From NCBI GenBank assembly GCA_021848365.1, contig JAJZUS010000001.1, positions 540,608-604,607 on the forward strand: a stretch of DNA of 64,000 nt. Reading direction: 5' to 3'. Below, one piece after another: positions 62,588 to 64,000 of this stretch. Position 1 is the first letter of the stretch. Each line of letters begins with the position of its first letter. Origin of the DNA: Actinomycetes bacterium (GTDB taxonomy: Bacteria > Actinomycetota > Acidimicrobiia > Acidimicrobiales > RAAP-2). The notes below the pieces were generated by a model that saw only the letters and a program-made list of their open reading frames with translations, did not search any database and was not told where the DNA came from. Made by a program: the position numbers and the translations under genes.

Positions 62588-63960
62588 CGCTCGGCGCGTC
62601 GTCGGGGGATCAGGGGGCGGAGCGTGCGCGCGGCGATCGCGCCGCGCACCAGCCCGCTCGCGTAGACGAGGTCGTCGAGGGCGCCGGCGAGGGCGACCGT
62701 CGGGCCGCCCCGTCGCAGTCGGCGAAGGGCCGTGAGGCCGAGGACGGCGAGGCCGACCGGGCGTGTCGCGCGCGCGGCGAGACCGAGGACGACGAGGGGG
62801 CCGTAGGCGCGGGAGAGTGCTCGGGGCAGCTCGCGGGCACCCTCGACGAGCGAGGAGCCGACGAGCCCGACGGCGACGACGCTCGGGCGCGGGGTGTCGG
62901 CGGGCAGGGCGGCGCGCACCCGCCTCGTCGCCCACGCGGCGACGGCGAGGGCCGGACCGGGACCCGCGAGGAGGCCGAGGCCGAGGACGACGAGGGGCGT
63001 CGAGAGGCGTAGCGGGGCCAGGCGCTCGCCGTGGATCCGGGCCAGGGGGCCCGCCGAGCTGCCGTAGCCGGCTCGTTGGCCCCACCACTCCCGCAGCGTC
63101 GCGCGGGCGGCGTGGGTGACCGAGACCTCGGCGTCGTAGCGCACTAGCCAGCCGGCGTCGCCGAGGCGCCAGACGAGGTCGACGTCCTCGCCACGTAACA
63201 GGGAGGGGTCGAATCCGCGACCGACGGCGGCGCGACGCACCAGGAGGCAGGCGCTCGGGACGAAGGGGACGGCTCCACCCGGGCGCACGAGGGCGCTCGC
63301 CGGTCCCCGGTCGAGGGCCCCCTCGACCCGCTCGTAACGCTCGCGCCATCCCGGTCCGCCCGCGCCCCGTACCCGGGGCGCGACGGCGCCGACCCGGTCG
63401 TCACCGAGGGCACCGAGCAGCCGCCGCGCGACGGCCGTCCCCTCGCCGACGTCGACGTCGGCGTCGCAGAACCAGACGAAGGGCGCCGTCGTGCGCCGCA
63501 GCCCCGCGTTGCGGGCGCCGGCCGGTCCCCCCGATCGGGCGCGACGCACCAGCCGGGCTCCGTGCGAGCGAGCGATCGCGGCGATCGCGCTGGCGTCGCT
63601 CGATCCGTCGTCGACGACCGTGACCGCGAGGCCCCCCAGTCCGCGCAGCAGCCGGTCGAGGCCCCGTGCGTCGTCGCGCACCGGGACGACGACGTCGATC
63701 TCTCCGAGCGGTGGCCGAGCGGGGGGCCGGGCGAGGAGGAGACCCCGGTCGACGAGCTGTCGCGCCAGGATCCCGCGGGAACCGACGACGCCGCCCTCCA
63801 TCCAGGTCCGCACGATCGGTCGGGCCGCCGGGGCGATCCGCAGGAGGCCCCACGGGGAACCGCCCGCGAGCAGGGTGGGCCCGCGCCACCGCGTACTCGG
63901 GGCGGGCCCCAGTCGCGTCGACGGCGCCAGCGAGGGGCCTCGGTCGTCGGGTCGGTCCAC
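62584..63960 (-). CDS. mftF: Mycofactocin system glycosyltransferase
   Basis: LAGGSPWGLLRIAPAA N-terminus, VVPVRD, DDGS, GPAGARNAG, DADV, VPSACLLVRR, GEDVDLVWRL, YGSSAGPLARIHG. Confidence 0.85.
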   Translation of the reverse strand: MDRPDDRGPSLAPSTRLGPAPSTRWRGPTLLAGGSPWGLLRIAPAARPIVRTWMEGGVVGSRGILARQLVDRGLLLARPPARPPLGEIDVVVPVRDDARGLDRLLRGLGGLAVTVVDDGSSDASAIAAIARSHGARLVRRARSGGPAGARNAGLRRTTAPFVWFCDADVDVGEGTAVARRLLGALGDDRVGAVAPRVRGAGGPGWRERYERVEGALDRGPASALVRPGGAVPFVPSACLLVRRAAVGRGFDPSLLRGEDVDLVWRLGDAGWLVRYDAEVSVTHAARATLREWWGQRAGYGSSAGPLARIHGERLAPLRLSTPLVVLGLGLLAGPGPALAVAAWATRRVRAALPADTPRPSVVAVGLVGSSLVEGARELPRALSRAYGPLVVLGLAARATRPVGLAVLGLTALRRLRRGGPTVALAGALDDLVYASGLVRGAIAARTLRPLIPRRRAER

Positions 63961-64000
63961 GCGACAGTGTCCCAGAGACCCGCGCGGCCCGGCGAGAGTT

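Overview
High-GC (by eye above 70%) Actinomycetota chromosomal segment, probably class Acidimicrobiia. The phylum call rests on WhiB, DUF3107, PdtaS, the SCO1664/DUF3090 genes and mycofactocin genes. The class call is a weaker inference from System I cytochrome c maturation genes and an FrhB-like gene. About 62 real CDS are supported; most long ORFs in the supplied track are GC-rich shadow frames. Main blocks: cspA, an acyl-CoA dehydrogenase and vapBC (0.9-3.2 kb); a divergent amine/amino-acid-amide cluster (3.5-12.2 kb) with a Lys/Orn/Arg decarboxylase, RpiR regulator, class II glutamine amidotransferase, GlnA3-type gamma-glutamyl ligase, APC permease, an alpha-amino-epsilon-caprolactam (ACL) racemase-like PLP enzyme and a FluG-N-type amidohydrolase; LysR/YeiH; GT4 and gmd, with gmd coupled to a complete ccmABCDEFGHI operon (16-24 kb); an Asp-box secreted protein, SufR-like/Mrp pair and SCO protein; c-di-GMP genes (PAS-GAF-EAL, an output-less PAS-GAF paralogue, PAS-GGDEF); DUF3107-PHP-pdtaS and whiB1; etfBA; the SCO1664 trio next to an FrhB-like gene; fpg, bcp, DEAD helicase, a secreted repeat protein, sulP, acnA, argS; and the edge of a mycofactocin locus (NDMA-dependent alcohol dehydrogenase, mftF). 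Many genes have a TAnnnT box 6-7 nt before GTG/ATG, consistent with leaderless mRNAs, and I used this to correct start codons. I saw no tRNA, rRNA, CRISPR array or IS element. The best candidate for an undescribed system is the 3.5-12.2 kb cluster. All family assignments come from motif recognition and recall, not from database searches.
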